A stretch of 64,000 nt of DNA, from positions 684 through 64,683 of the forward strand of contig JBAYHD010000002.1 in assembly GCA_041666305.1 (NCBI GenBank). Direction: 5' to 3'. Origin of the DNA: Minisyncoccota bacterium. Its GTDB lineage: Bacteria > Patescibacteriota > Minisyncoccia > Phycocordibacterales > Phycocordibacteraceae. A program made the translations under genes and the position numbers. The notes under the pieces were generated by a model, which had not been told where the DNA came from, did not search any database, and saw only the letters and a list, made by a program, of their open reading frames with translations. Below are positions 19,682 through 27,824 of the stretch, one piece after another (position 1 is the first letter of the stretch; each line of letters starts with the position of its first letter).

Positions 19682-20722
19682 ATGAGTTTTTTCAACGGTC
19701 TCTTCGGTAGGAAAAAATCGGAATCGGTCGTGTTTATCGACATCGGCACCGGCTCGGTTGCCGGCGCGTATGCGCAATTTACGCAGGGTGATCAACCCGT
19801 GATGCATTACACGCGCCGTCTTCCCATCGAAATACGAACGAGCGAACCGCATGAAGATGCGATGTTGCGCGCACTCGGCATACTCGGAGAGGTGCTTATC
19901 CGCGAAGGGGCACCGGTCCTCATGCGCAACACGGGCAGCGGGAGCGTCGATACGGTGCTCGTGTCGGTTGATGCGCCGTGGCAAAAGACATCCGTGCGCA
20001 CGGAATACTTCGAACAGAAAGAACCGTTCATCTTCAACAAAAGCATGGTGAATACGGCACTTGAAAAAACTAGCACAGCTCCGCCAGGGCAGCTTCTCGC
20101 GGATGAAAGCATCATCGGCACCATCCTGAACGGCTACGAAACGAAAGACCCGTACGGGAAAGAGACGCGCCGCGCCTCGATAATCGTATTGACATCGCTT
20201 ATCGACGAGAAAGTCGCGCAAGGCATCCAAAAAATTCTCCGCGGTCTCTATCACACAAAAAATATCCTCACTATCGCCGGCAGCAGTCTTCGCTACCAGG
20301 CGATGCGCATCGCATTCCCGCATGAGCGCGACGCGCTCATCCTGGACGCCACCGGTCCGCTTACGTCCATCGCGCTTGTGCGCAGAGACTTGCTCGTCGA
20401 CGTCGTTGAAATTCCCGTGCATAGAGCCGGGACCGCCGTGTGGCTGAAAACGCTTACGGATGAATTGGCCGAACTCGCACAGCGGTTTCCGCTTCCGCGT
20501 ACCATTTTCCTACTCGCGCGTGAGCCAAACGTCATTTCATTGCGTGAGACGCTAGATGAAGCGGAACTCGGCAAACTATGGCTCTCCGACAACCCGCCGA
20601 AGATAGTCTCGGTGCTCTCAAGCCATCTTGTCGGCCTGGTACGATCGGCCACGACCGCATCTCCGGACATATCGCTTCTTCTGATGGCGCTGTATTTTGA
20701 GCGGCGTTCCGCCGAAGATTAA
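19682..20722 (+). CDS. hypothetical protein, degenerate FtsA/actin-like fold
   Basis: FIDIGTGSV N-terminal motif, ILNGYET..PYG, LILDATG..T. Confidence 0.6.
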   Translation: MSFFNGLFGRKKSESVVFIDIGTGSVAGAYAQFTQGDQPVMHYTRRLPIEIRTSEPHEDAMLRALGILGEVLIREGAPVLMRNTGSGSVDTVLVSVDAPWQKTSVRTEYFEQKEPFIFNKSMVNTALEKTSTAPPGQLLADESIIGTILNGYETKDPYGKETRRASIIVLTSLIDEKVAQGIQKILRGLYHTKNILTIAGSSLRYQAMRIAFPHERDALILDATGPLTSIALVRRDLLVDVVEIPVHRAGTAVWLKTLTDELAELAQRFPLPRTIFLLAREPNVISLRETLDEAELGKLWLSDNPPKIVSVLSSHLVGLVRSATTASPDISLLLMALYFERRSAED

Positions 20723-20780
20723 ACGAGGTAGTGGACAAAGAGTAGGTAGACGTTTTTTGCGAAGTGGTATACTGGGGCAC

Positions 20781-21995
20781 ATGCGCAAACTTGATGATAT
20801 TATTCCGCCGTCCCGTCGGAGAGAAACGGACTCCCTTAACAGTTCAGCCGGCCGCCCAACCCTCGATCTTGCCAATAGACCATTTAAATTTCCCACTAAA
20901 ACGCTCGTTGCGGTCGTCGTCGTTGTCGTGGCTTCCATCGGCGCACTCTTTTATTTCTCCAGCGCCAAAGTTGAGGTGACGCCAAATATGGTTTCCGCTG
21001 CCGTGCAGAGTTCGTTCACCGCAAACCAGAGCACCGGAGCATTGCCGTACGAGATCATCACGGCGCAAAAGATCGCTTCACAAAGCGTCAAAAGCAGCGG
21101 CACGAAAGTCGTGAGCTCTACCGCTTCCGGAACTATCACCGTGTACAACACGCAGACGAAGGCGCAGAAGCTCATTACAAATACGCGTTTCGCTACGCTC
21201 GCGGGACTCATCTTCCGCATCCGAACCGCCATCACCGTTCCTGCTGGCACTGCTGCAAAGCCCGGTAGTGTCACGGTAGCCGTCACTGCGGATAAAGCGG
21301 GAGATTCCTACAATGTGGGTCCCACTTCCTTCACGATTCCTGGCTTCGCGGGTACGCCGCAAGCAAGCCAGGTATACGGGAAATCGAATGAAGCGATGTC
21401 CGGCGGAGCCTCCGGCAACATGCCGGTCGTAGATGCGACGGCGGAAGCACAAGCGCGCACCGCGCTCATGAGCGCACTCGCACCGGACCTCGCCTCAAGC
21501 ATTGAAGCGCAGATACCGTCCGGGTATGTGCTCGTGCCGGGAGCCGCCACAACTACCTATCAGGAACTCACGCCCGCGCCGTCGGGGACGACCGGCATGG
21601 TCGACGTGAAGGTGCAGGGGACCATCACCGCGATCGTATTCCCGAATGTCGCACTCGCCAAAGCGATTGCGACATCGGTCAGCGGCCTCGGCTATCAGGG
21701 CGAGCCGGTCACGCTCGCCTCCACGAAAACCATACAGCTCACGGCGCCGTCGGGGCTTCCGGCTCCGGACGCCGCCTCGTTCACTTTTACGCTCTCCGGC
21801 ACAGCGTCGCTTATCTACAACGTGGATCCGACGCGCATCGCCGCGGCGGTCTCCGGGAAGACCCGTTCGGCGGCCGAAGTGGCGCTCACCAACTATCCGG
21901 AGGTCAAGCGCGCCATCATCATTCTGCGGCCGTTTTGGCGCCAAACCTTCCCCCAGGACCCCTCGAGCATTTCGGTCGTGGTGGCGAAACCGTAG
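20781..21995 (+). CDS. membrane-anchored hypothetical protein (baseplate J-like beta-rich domain, CPR family)
   Basis: MRKLDDIIPP start, TM, ASGTITVYN...LITNTRF...GLIFR...VPAG...V.ADKAG..YNVGP..FTIPG. Confidence 0.7.
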   Translation: MRKLDDIIPPSRRRETDSLNSSAGRPTLDLANRPFKFPTKTLVAVVVVVVASIGALFYFSSAKVEVTPNMVSAAVQSSFTANQSTGALPYEIITAQKIASQSVKSSGTKVVSSTASGTITVYNTQTKAQKLITNTRFATLAGLIFRIRTAITVPAGTAAKPGSVTVAVTADKAGDSYNVGPTSFTIPGFAGTPQASQVYGKSNEAMSGGASGNMPVVDATAEAQARTALMSALAPDLASSIEAQIPSGYVLVPGAATTTYQELTPAPSGTTGMVDVKVQGTITAIVFPNVALAKAIATSVSGLGYQGEPVTLASTKTIQLTAPSGLPAPDAASFTFTLSGTASLIYNVDPTRIAAAVSGKTRSAAEVALTNYPEVKRAIIILRPFWRQTFPQDPSSISVVVAKP

Positions 21996-22004
21996 CCCAG
22001 TTGA

Positions 22005-22136
22005 CCCGGTAGAACAACATGGCATCGTGTCTTTTGCTCCCAACAATGCAATGTCAACAAAGGCTTGTTGCTCCGGAAATTTTGATGGATAAATGGACCA
22101 TGACACAAGGAGCAATGCCATGTTGTTCTCACCGGG
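22005..22136 (+). repeat. 132-bp structured intergenic element, copy 2
   Basis: CCCGGTAGAACAACATGGCAT ... ATGCCATGTTGTTCTCACCGGG. Confidence 0.85.
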
Positions 22137-22197
22137 TTGACGGCTTTTCGGATACCTGCTAGATTGATGTGGTAACTGCACTGGTAATGAATAGCAA

Positions 22198-22437
22198 ATG
22201 AGCGACGCCGACGATACAAAAGCAACGGTGACTGGAACCGTTGAAGAGGTATTGCCGAATTCGCTTTTCCGCGTTCGTCTTCCGGCAGTTCTAGAAGGAG
22301 AAGAAGGCGAGCTCAAGCTCGCCTACCTTGCAGGGAAAATGCGTTTGCACCGTATCCGCGTTCTGATGGGCGATCAGGTGGAAATGGTGATGGATCCCTA
22401 CGGGGGCCGTGCGAGGATAGTTCGCCGATTAACCTAA
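22198..22437 (+). CDS. infA: translation initiation factor IF-1
   Basis: GTVEEVLPNSLFRV...LAYLAGKMRLHRIRVLMGD. Confidence 0.95.
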   Translation: MSDADDTKATVTGTVEEVLPNSLFRVRLPAVLEGEEGELKLAYLAGKMRLHRIRVLMGDQVEMVMDPYGGRARIVRRLT

Positions 22438-22455
22438 CGTAAAGAGATTTTAAAA

Positions 22456-22572
22456 ATGAAGGTCCGTGCTTCTATCAAAGTCCAACAGCCAGGTGATCAG
22501 CTCGTCCGTCGCGGCGGGCGCTTGTATCGTATCAACAAGAAGAATCCGCGCCGCAAGGCTCGCCAAGGTTAA
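22456..22572 (+). CDS. rpmJ: 50S ribosomal protein L36, zinc-free type (not in ORF track)
   Basis: [38 protein letters not shown] between infA and rpsM. Confidence 0.93.
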   Translation: MKVRASIKVQQPGDQLVRRGGRLYRINKKNPRRKARQG

Positions 22573-22591
22573 TTAATTTTTTCGTACAATT

Positions 22592-22972
22592 ATGCGTATC
22601 GCCGGTGTCACACTTCCCGATAAAAAACAGCTTGCATATTCATTGCCGCTTATTTTTGGCATCGGCCCCACGCGCGCACGCGACATTTTGAAGCAAGTCG
22701 GCATTCCGGCAAACAAGAAGGGCAGCGAGCTCACTGCGGATGAAGAGCAGAAGATCCGTTTGCTCGCGGAAGGATTCACCATCGAAGGCGAACTGCGCCG
22801 CGAGATCGGGCAGAACATCAAGCGCTTGAAGGACATCAAGTCCAAGCGCGGCGATCGCCATGCGCGCGGTATGCCGGTGCGGAATCAGCGCACGAAGACC
22901 AATTCGCGCACGCGCCGCGGTAACGTCCGTAAGACGATGACCTCCGGTCGCCGTAAGCTTGAAAGGACATAA
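22592..22972 (+). CDS. rpsM: 30S ribosomal protein S13
   Basis: MRIAGV.LP..K, EGELRRE, RH.RGMPVR.QRTKTNSRTR. Confidence 0.97.
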   Translation: MRIAGVTLPDKKQLAYSLPLIFGIGPTRARDILKQVGIPANKKGSELTADEEQKIRLLAEGFTIEGELRREIGQNIKRLKDIKSKRGDRHARGMPVRNQRTKTNSRTRRGNVRKTMTSGRRKLERT

Positions 22973-22974
22973 TT

Positions 22975-23409
22975 ATGGGTAAAAAACGCATCATCAAGAA
23001 GAGCGGCAAAGGCATGGACGCTGGGCGCAAAGAACGCGCCATGTCCAAGGTCACGAAGCGCCACCTCGAGAAGGCCATCCTTCACATTGACGCCACGTTC
23101 AACAACACCAAGGCGATTCTCACGGACGAGAAGGGTAATGCCGTGGTGTCTTCGAGCGCCGGCGCACTCGGTTTCTCCGGCGCCAGGAAGTCGACCCCGT
23201 ACGCGGCGGCGAAAGTCGGCGAGTTCCTCGGCGAGAAGGGCCTCATGATCGGCATCAAGGAGGCGACCGTCATCATTCGTGGTGTCGGCGCCGGCCGCGA
23301 GTCGGTGCTCCGCTCGTTCTCGGGCAAGGGCATCCAGATCAAGTCCATCAAGGACGTGACGCCGGTCCCGCACAACGGTCCGCGCCCGCCTAAGCCTCGT
23401 CGCATATAA
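22975..23409 (+). CDS. rpsK: 30S ribosomal protein S11
   Basis: ATFNNT, GARKSTPYAA, DVTPVPHNG.RPPK.RR. Confidence 0.97.
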   Translation: MGKKRIIKKSGKGMDAGRKERAMSKVTKRHLEKAILHIDATFNNTKAILTDEKGNAVVSSSAGALGFSGARKSTPYAAAKVGEFLGEKGLMIGIKEATVIIRGVGAGRESVLRSFSGKGIQIKSIKDVTPVPHNGPRPPKPRRI

Positions 23410-23412
23410 ATT

Positions 23413-24024
23413 ATGAAAACCGGACCACGATACAAAATAGCGAAGCGCCTCGGCGCGACCGTCTTTGAGAAAGCGCAGACCCAAAAGTTTGCGATTTCCG
23501 CCGAGCGCTCTGCGAAGAACAAGCGCCGCGGGCGCGGTCGCCAGAGCGAGTACTCCAAGCAAATGCTTGAGAAGCAAAAGGTGCGCGTGACCTACGGCCT
23601 TCCTGAGCGCCAGTTCCGCAGCTATGTGAACAAGGCGCTTGAGGCACACAACATGGCTCCGGTGGAGCGCCTGCACGAGCTCCTTGAGCTCCGTTTGGAC
23701 AACGTCATCTGGCGCCTCGGCCTCGCATCCACGCGCCGCGGCGCACGCCAGATGGTGGCGCACGGCCATGTGATGGTGGACGGCAAGAAGAGCCGCGTGC
23801 CGTCGCAAATGCTTTCCGTCGGAAGCAAAATCGCCGTGCGCGAGGGGTCCAAGGAGCACGGCGTGCTCGTGGGCTTCGCGGAGAAATTCGCGGAGCGTCC
23901 GCTTCCGTCCTGGCTCGTCTGGGACGCGAAGAAGATGGAGGGCTCCGTGAAGGAACGGCCGACGGCCGCTTCAGCGGATCCGGCGGGCGATCTGGTCGCC
24001 GTGCTTTCGTTCTACACGCGATAA
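23413..24024 (+). CDS. rpsD: 30S ribosomal protein S4
   Basis: SEYSKQMLEKQK, LELRLDNVIWRLG, ARQMVAHGH. Confidence 0.97.
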   Translation: MKTGPRYKIAKRLGATVFEKAQTQKFAISAERSAKNKRRGRGRQSEYSKQMLEKQKVRVTYGLPERQFRSYVNKALEAHNMAPVERLHELLELRLDNVIWRLGLASTRRGARQMVAHGHVMVDGKKSRVPSQMLSVGSKIAVREGSKEHGVLVGFAEKFAERPLPSWLVWDAKKMEGSVKERPTAASADPAGDLVAVLSFYTR

Positions 24025-24055
24025 TTGTGCGCTTTATAAACAACTAATATATGGA

Positions 24056-24179
24056 AAACGAAGCGAAAAAGTTTCAGATGCAAGGCGCGGGATTGCGCGC
24101 GACGGAGGCGTACCTAAGTGGTACGACGACGGCGCACGCTGGGACCCGCAACGCAGCAGCTGGAGTTTTTAGCTCGTTT
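24056..24179. repeat. structured MITE-like element between rpsD and rpoA
   Basis: imperfect terminal IR AAACGAAGCGAAAAAGTTTCAGATGC / GCAGCTGGAGTTTTTAGCTCGTTT with central CGTACC-TAAGT-GGTACG hairpin. Confidence 0.6.
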
Positions 24180-24194
24180 AACAACGATTGAGTT

Positions 24195-25142
24195 ATGGAA
24201 TACCATATTACACTTCCCAGCAAACCTCGCATCGTTTCTGAAGAAGGACTGCAGGGTGTTTATGAAATAGATTCGCTGTACCCGGGCTACGGCCACACGC
24301 TCGGCAATTCTCTGCGCCGTATCATTCTTTCCTCGCTCCCCGGCGCGGCCGTCACGCAGGTGAAGATAGAAGGCGTTCCGCACGAGTTCGCCACCATTGA
24401 TGGAATGCGCGAGACCGTTATGGAACTTCTCTTGAACCTCAAGCGCGTGCACTTCGTCCTTCACGGCGATGAACCGCAAACCATTTCGCTCACCGCGAAA
24501 GGCACGAAGGAAATTACCGCCGCTGATTTCAAGCTCCCGAGCCAGGTTGAGATCATGAATCCGGAACAGCACATCTGCGATCTTTCCGGAAAGGGAACAC
24601 TCGAACTCGAAGCCACTATTGAACGCGGACTCGGCTACGTCTCCCGCGAAGTGCTCACGAAAGACAAAGTAGACATCGGCACCATCGCGCTTGATGCCAC
24701 CTTCACGCCTATCCGCCGTGTGAACTATGAAGTGGAGAACATGCGCGTCGGCGATCGCACCGATTTCAACCGCCTGCGCATCCTCATCGAGACCAACGGC
24801 ACCATCGCTCCGCGCGCCGCACTTGAGTCGAGCATTGAAACGATGATCCATCAGCTGAAGGCCATCATCGGCTTCCAGGAGAGCGCACCGGCCGCGTCCT
24901 CTGGCGCATCCGCCGAGAAGGAGGAAAGCGGCACGACCAGCGCGTCAAAGATAAAGATCGCTGACCTCGCTCTCACTCCGCGCGTCACGGCTTCCATTGA
25001 AGGCGCCGGCATCAAGAGCGCTGCGGGTCTCGCACGCAAGACGGCATCAGCCCTCAAAGAATTGGACGGCATCGGCGAAAAGGCGATTGAGGAAATTTCC
25101 GAAGCGCTTGCCGGTCACGGCCTCACGCTGAAGGCGGAATAA
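24195..25142 (+). CDS. rpoA: RNA polymerase alpha subunit
   Basis: PGYGHTLGNSLRRIILSSLPGAA, HEF.TIDG, DATFTPI.RV.Y.VEN.RVG.RTDF. Confidence 0.97.
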   Translation: MEYHITLPSKPRIVSEEGLQGVYEIDSLYPGYGHTLGNSLRRIILSSLPGAAVTQVKIEGVPHEFATIDGMRETVMELLLNLKRVHFVLHGDEPQTISLTAKGTKEITAADFKLPSQVEIMNPEQHICDLSGKGTLELEATIERGLGYVSREVLTKDKVDIGTIALDATFTPIRRVNYEVENMRVGDRTDFNRLRILIETNGTIAPRAALESSIETMIHQLKAIIGFQESAPAASSGASAEKEESGTTSASKIKIADLALTPRVTASIEGAGIKSAAGLARKTASALKELDGIGEKAIEEISEALAGHGLTLKAE

Positions 25143-25147
25143 CTACC

Positions 25148-25501
25148 ATGGCATTTACTAAAAAAGCACAGACCTTCCATCGCGAGACCGGCCAGCGCTC
25201 GGCGCTCATCCGTTCGCTCGCGCGTTCCCTCGTGCTTGAAGAGCGTATTTCCACCACGGAAGCAAAAGCGAAAGCACTTCGTCCGTACATTGAGCGACTC
25301 GTCACTTACGCAAAGACGGGCACGCTCGCCAGCCGCCGGCTTGCCATTTCCCGTATCCACGACAAGGAGGCGGTGAAGAAGCTTTTCGGCACCATCGGTC
25401 CGCGCTATGCAGACCGAAAGGGCGGCTACACGCGCATCGTGAAGCGCACGAAGCGTGGCTTCAACGATGCGCGCAAGCTTGCGTACATCATGTTCGTCTA
25501 G
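25148..25501 (+). CDS. rplQ: 50S ribosomal protein L17
   Basis: ERISTTEAKAKALR..IE.LVT.AK, R.GGYTRIVK. Confidence 0.96.
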   Translation: MAFTKKAQTFHRETGQRSALIRSLARSLVLEERISTTEAKAKALRPYIERLVTYAKTGTLASRRLAISRIHDKEAVKKLFGTIGPRYADRKGGYTRIVKRTKRGFNDARKLAYIMFV

Positions 25502-25506
25502 CTTGC

Positions 25507-25586
25507 CCCGTTAGAGACTATCCTGTACAACAATATGACCACTGCAATGACCACAAACATTTCCGAAAACACCGTCTCTAATGGGG
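25507..25586. repeat. short element with terminal inverted repeats
   Basis: CCCCGTTAGAGAC ... GTCTCTAATGGGG flanking about 54 bp unique sequence between rplQ and rplM. Confidence 0.7.
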
Positions 25587-25602
25587 TATTCACCAATTAA
25601 AT

Positions 25603-25977
25603 ATGGCAACTTCCAACATTAAACCGGCACCGAGCACCTACACCATCGACGCGACCGACCGCACCCTTGGCCGTGTGTGCTCCGAGGCGGCTTCGGCACT
25701 GCTCGGCAAGAAGTCCGTGCACTTCGCCAAGAATCAGACGATTCCGGTTAAGGTCACCGTGAAGAATGCGGGCAAGATGCACCTTCCCAAGCGCCGTGTG
25801 GAAGGGAAGGTCTACACCCGCTACACCGGTCACCCGGGAGGCCTCTACTTCACCACGATGCAAGAGATGATAACGAAGAAGGGCATTGGCGAGGTCGTCA
25901 AAAAGACCGTGGACGGTATGATACCGCGCAACAAACTCCGTGCACCGCGTATGAAGAATCTCATCGTCACCGAATAA
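25603..25977 (+). CDS. rplM: 50S ribosomal protein L13
   Basis: IDATDRTLGR, LLGK, YTGHPGGL, V.GMIPRNKL. Confidence 0.95.
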   Translation: MATSNIKPAPSTYTIDATDRTLGRVCSEAASALLGKKSVHFAKNQTIPVKVTVKNAGKMHLPKRRVEGKVYTRYTGHPGGLYFTTMQEMITKKGIGEVVKKTVDGMIPRNKLRAPRMKNLIVTE

Positions 25978-25981
25978 TTTT

Positions 25982-26380
25982 ATGGCATCAAAAACTTTCA
26001 TCACTGCAGTCGGGCGCCGCAAGACCGCTATCGCAAGCGTGCGTATGGTAAAGGCTCCGAAATCGAGTCTCATGGTCAACGGTATGACCCCGAAGGAATA
26101 TTTCAAGACTGATCTCCGCGCACTTGTCGCCGTTGAGGCACTCGCCAAGGCAGAGAGCGCTGAGAATTACGAAGTCCACGCGCACGTGGAGGGCGGCGGC
26201 ATCGCCGGTCAGGCAGACGCCGTGCGTCATGCCATCTCCCGCGCCATCACCAAGGCAGAGCCGAAGACTCGCGCGGTCCTCAAGACGGCAGGCTTCATGA
26301 AGCGCGACCCTCGCGCCAAAGAGCGCAAGAAGCCAGGCCTCAAAAAAGCGAGAAAGGCTCCTCAGTGGTCCAAACGATAA
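25982..26380 (+). CDS. rpsI: 30S ribosomal protein S9
   Basis: GRRKTAIASV, GGGIAGQADA, RDPR.KERKKPGLKKARKAPQWSKR. Confidence 0.97.
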   Translation: MASKTFITAVGRRKTAIASVRMVKAPKSSLMVNGMTPKEYFKTDLRALVAVEALAKAESAENYEVHAHVEGGGIAGQADAVRHAISRAITKAEPKTRAVLKTAGFMKRDPRAKERKKPGLKKARKAPQWSKR

Positions 26381-26388
26381 GTTCTCAA

Positions 26389-26430
26389 AACCGGCTCTCG
26401 TAATCGAGAGCCGGTTCGCTTTCATTTTTC
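26389..26430 (+). terminator. intrinsic terminator after rpsI
   Basis: AACCGGCTCTCG-TAAT-CGAGAGCCGGTT followed by T-rich tract. Confidence 0.75.
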
Positions 26431-26462
26431 TCAGTTGTCCACATACATTCTTACAAAAACAA

Positions 26463-26488
26463 TTGACAAAGAAAAAATCTGGTATACT
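26463..26488 (+). promoter_or_regulatory. promoter upstream of atypical tRNA
   Basis: extended -10 TGGTATACT; TTGACA lies 14 nt upstream (short spacing). Confidence 0.55.
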
Positions 26489-26611
26489 AAAAATACCTCG
26501 CAAGAGGAGGCAAGGGAATGGTGAGTAGTTGATTATTCAATAACGAAAAGCGAAGAGCTCTAGTCGTGGGTAATCGTCTAAACACGATTTCCTGCGAGTA
26601 GGGCTCTTTTT

Positions 26612-26697
26612 GGTGACGTGGCAGAGCGGTCTATTGCACTCTTCTTAGGAGAGAGCGGTCTGTGTAGGGCCCGCGGGTTCGAATCCCGCCGTCACCG
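26612..26697 (+). tRNA. tRNA with UAG (Leu) anticodon but tRNA-Ser-type body
   Basis: acceptor GGTGACG/CGTCACC + G73; D arm GCAGAGCGGTCTATTGC; anticodon arm CTCTT-CTTAGGA-GAGAG; long variable arm GGTCT/GGGCC; T arm GCGGG-TTCGAAT-CCCGC; CCA not encoded. Confidence 0.9.
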
Positions 26698-26749
26698 CTA
26701 GTTATACACAGGGCTTGATTTACGCATCTTGCCGGTGGTACTATATATA

Positions 26750-26915
26750 GGCCCTACACAGGCCTGACCTCGCGTCAGAGTTCGTATCCCGCCCTGAGGT
26801 TCTTTTCGAGATTTAGAAGCCTCGAAAGTCGAATCAAGTCTTCTAATTCCGGATTTCTTTATTCGGAATGGGATATGAAACGAGAAGCCCGCGCAAGCGG
26901 GTTTTCTCGTTTTTA
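26750..26915 (+). ncRNA. candidate structured small RNA
   Basis: TTGATT/TGGTACTAT promoter at 26715-26744, several hairpins, closing helix TTCGTATCCC/GGGATATGAA, strong terminator AAACGAGAAGCCCGC-GCAA-GCGGGTTTTCTCGTTT; no credible ORF. Confidence 0.5.
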
Positions 26916-27000
26916 AGAGCAAGAAACGGGGACACCCACCATTAATTTCCAAACAAAAACCTCGCGTCATGCCCCGGGCGACAGGGATCCTGATGGGGAG

Positions 27001-27519
27001 TTATTCCAGATTGTTCAAATAGCACCTAATGTCGGCACTCGACTTCAAGACAATTACTTTATCTTTGTGCTCATTAATAAATAGCATCAGTTTCGGTTTG
27101 GTTCTAAATTGGCGACGAATAATCTCGAGGAAGAAGGCAATCTCGTGTCGGATATTAAGCTCCGGATGTCTCTCCGACGGATTGAATATGCGCTGAGCGT
27201 GATTAAACAATCTGCGCCAAAGCGGAATGTCGAGAAAAATAATGACGTCGGCCCTTTTTGCGATTTCTGGTTGCACAGAACGCGTGTATAAACCGTCGGA
27301 GACCCACGAGTCTGCAGCAATCGCAGTTGCCGTCTTTTGCCTAACGAAGGTTCGCACTCGGTCGCGCTCTTCAATGGGGGCACCATCCTTCATCTGATTT
27401 CCGCCCGCCTCGAACCAGAATCGGTCGAGGTGGATGTGTGGTATAGATAATTTTTCACTAATCGCTCGCGCGAGAGTAGATTTCCCGCTCGCGGGTAACC
27501 CAACAATGCTTATACGCAT
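27001..27519 (-). CDS. P-loop kinase, FlaR/adenylate-kinase-like family
   Basis: MRISIVGLPASGKSTLA, HLDRFWF, WVSDGLY, ADVIIFLD.P. Confidence 0.85.
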   Translation of the reverse strand: MRISIVGLPASGKSTLARAISEKLSIPHIHLDRFWFEAGGNQMKDGAPIEERDRVRTFVRQKTATAIAADSWVSDGLYTRSVQPEIAKRADVIIFLDIPLWRRLFNHAQRIFNPSERHPELNIRHEIAFFLEIIRRQFRTKPKLMLFINEHKDKVIVLKSSADIRCYLNNLE

Positions 27520-27600
27520 TGCGTAAGAATACATTAAATAATTCCCAAACAAAAACCTCGCGTCATGCCCCGGCGACCTTCCGTCTCAGTGAAGGTAGTA

Positions 27601-27638
27601 TGTTCGTTAACTCTAACGGTCGTATCAATTAACGAACA
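27601..27638. repeat. 38-bp palindromic element (second copy at 35799-35836)
   Basis: TGTTCGTTAA-CTCTAACGGTCGTATCAA-TTAACGAACA vs TGTTCGTTAA-GTCCAACGGTCGTGTGAC-TTAACGAACA. Confidence 0.8.
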
Positions 27639-27824
27639 GCAGATTGCCTACGCTGCGCAAGGTTCGACCTTTCTCAAAATAATTTCCAAACAAAAACCTC
27701 GCGTCATGTCCCCGGCGACAGGGGTCTAGAGCAGGAGTATTTGACTGAATGACTTAAGAGCATATGATTCCAGTCAGACACACAAGTAGTTCCCACCAAT
27801 GCTTGCAGACAGAAGGAGTTCGTC

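Noticed and set aside
26612-26697. Genome-wide reassignment of CUA/CUG to serine
   Set aside because: CTA and CTG occupy conserved hydrophobic/Leu positions in mltG, alaS, tyrS and dnaK in this window.
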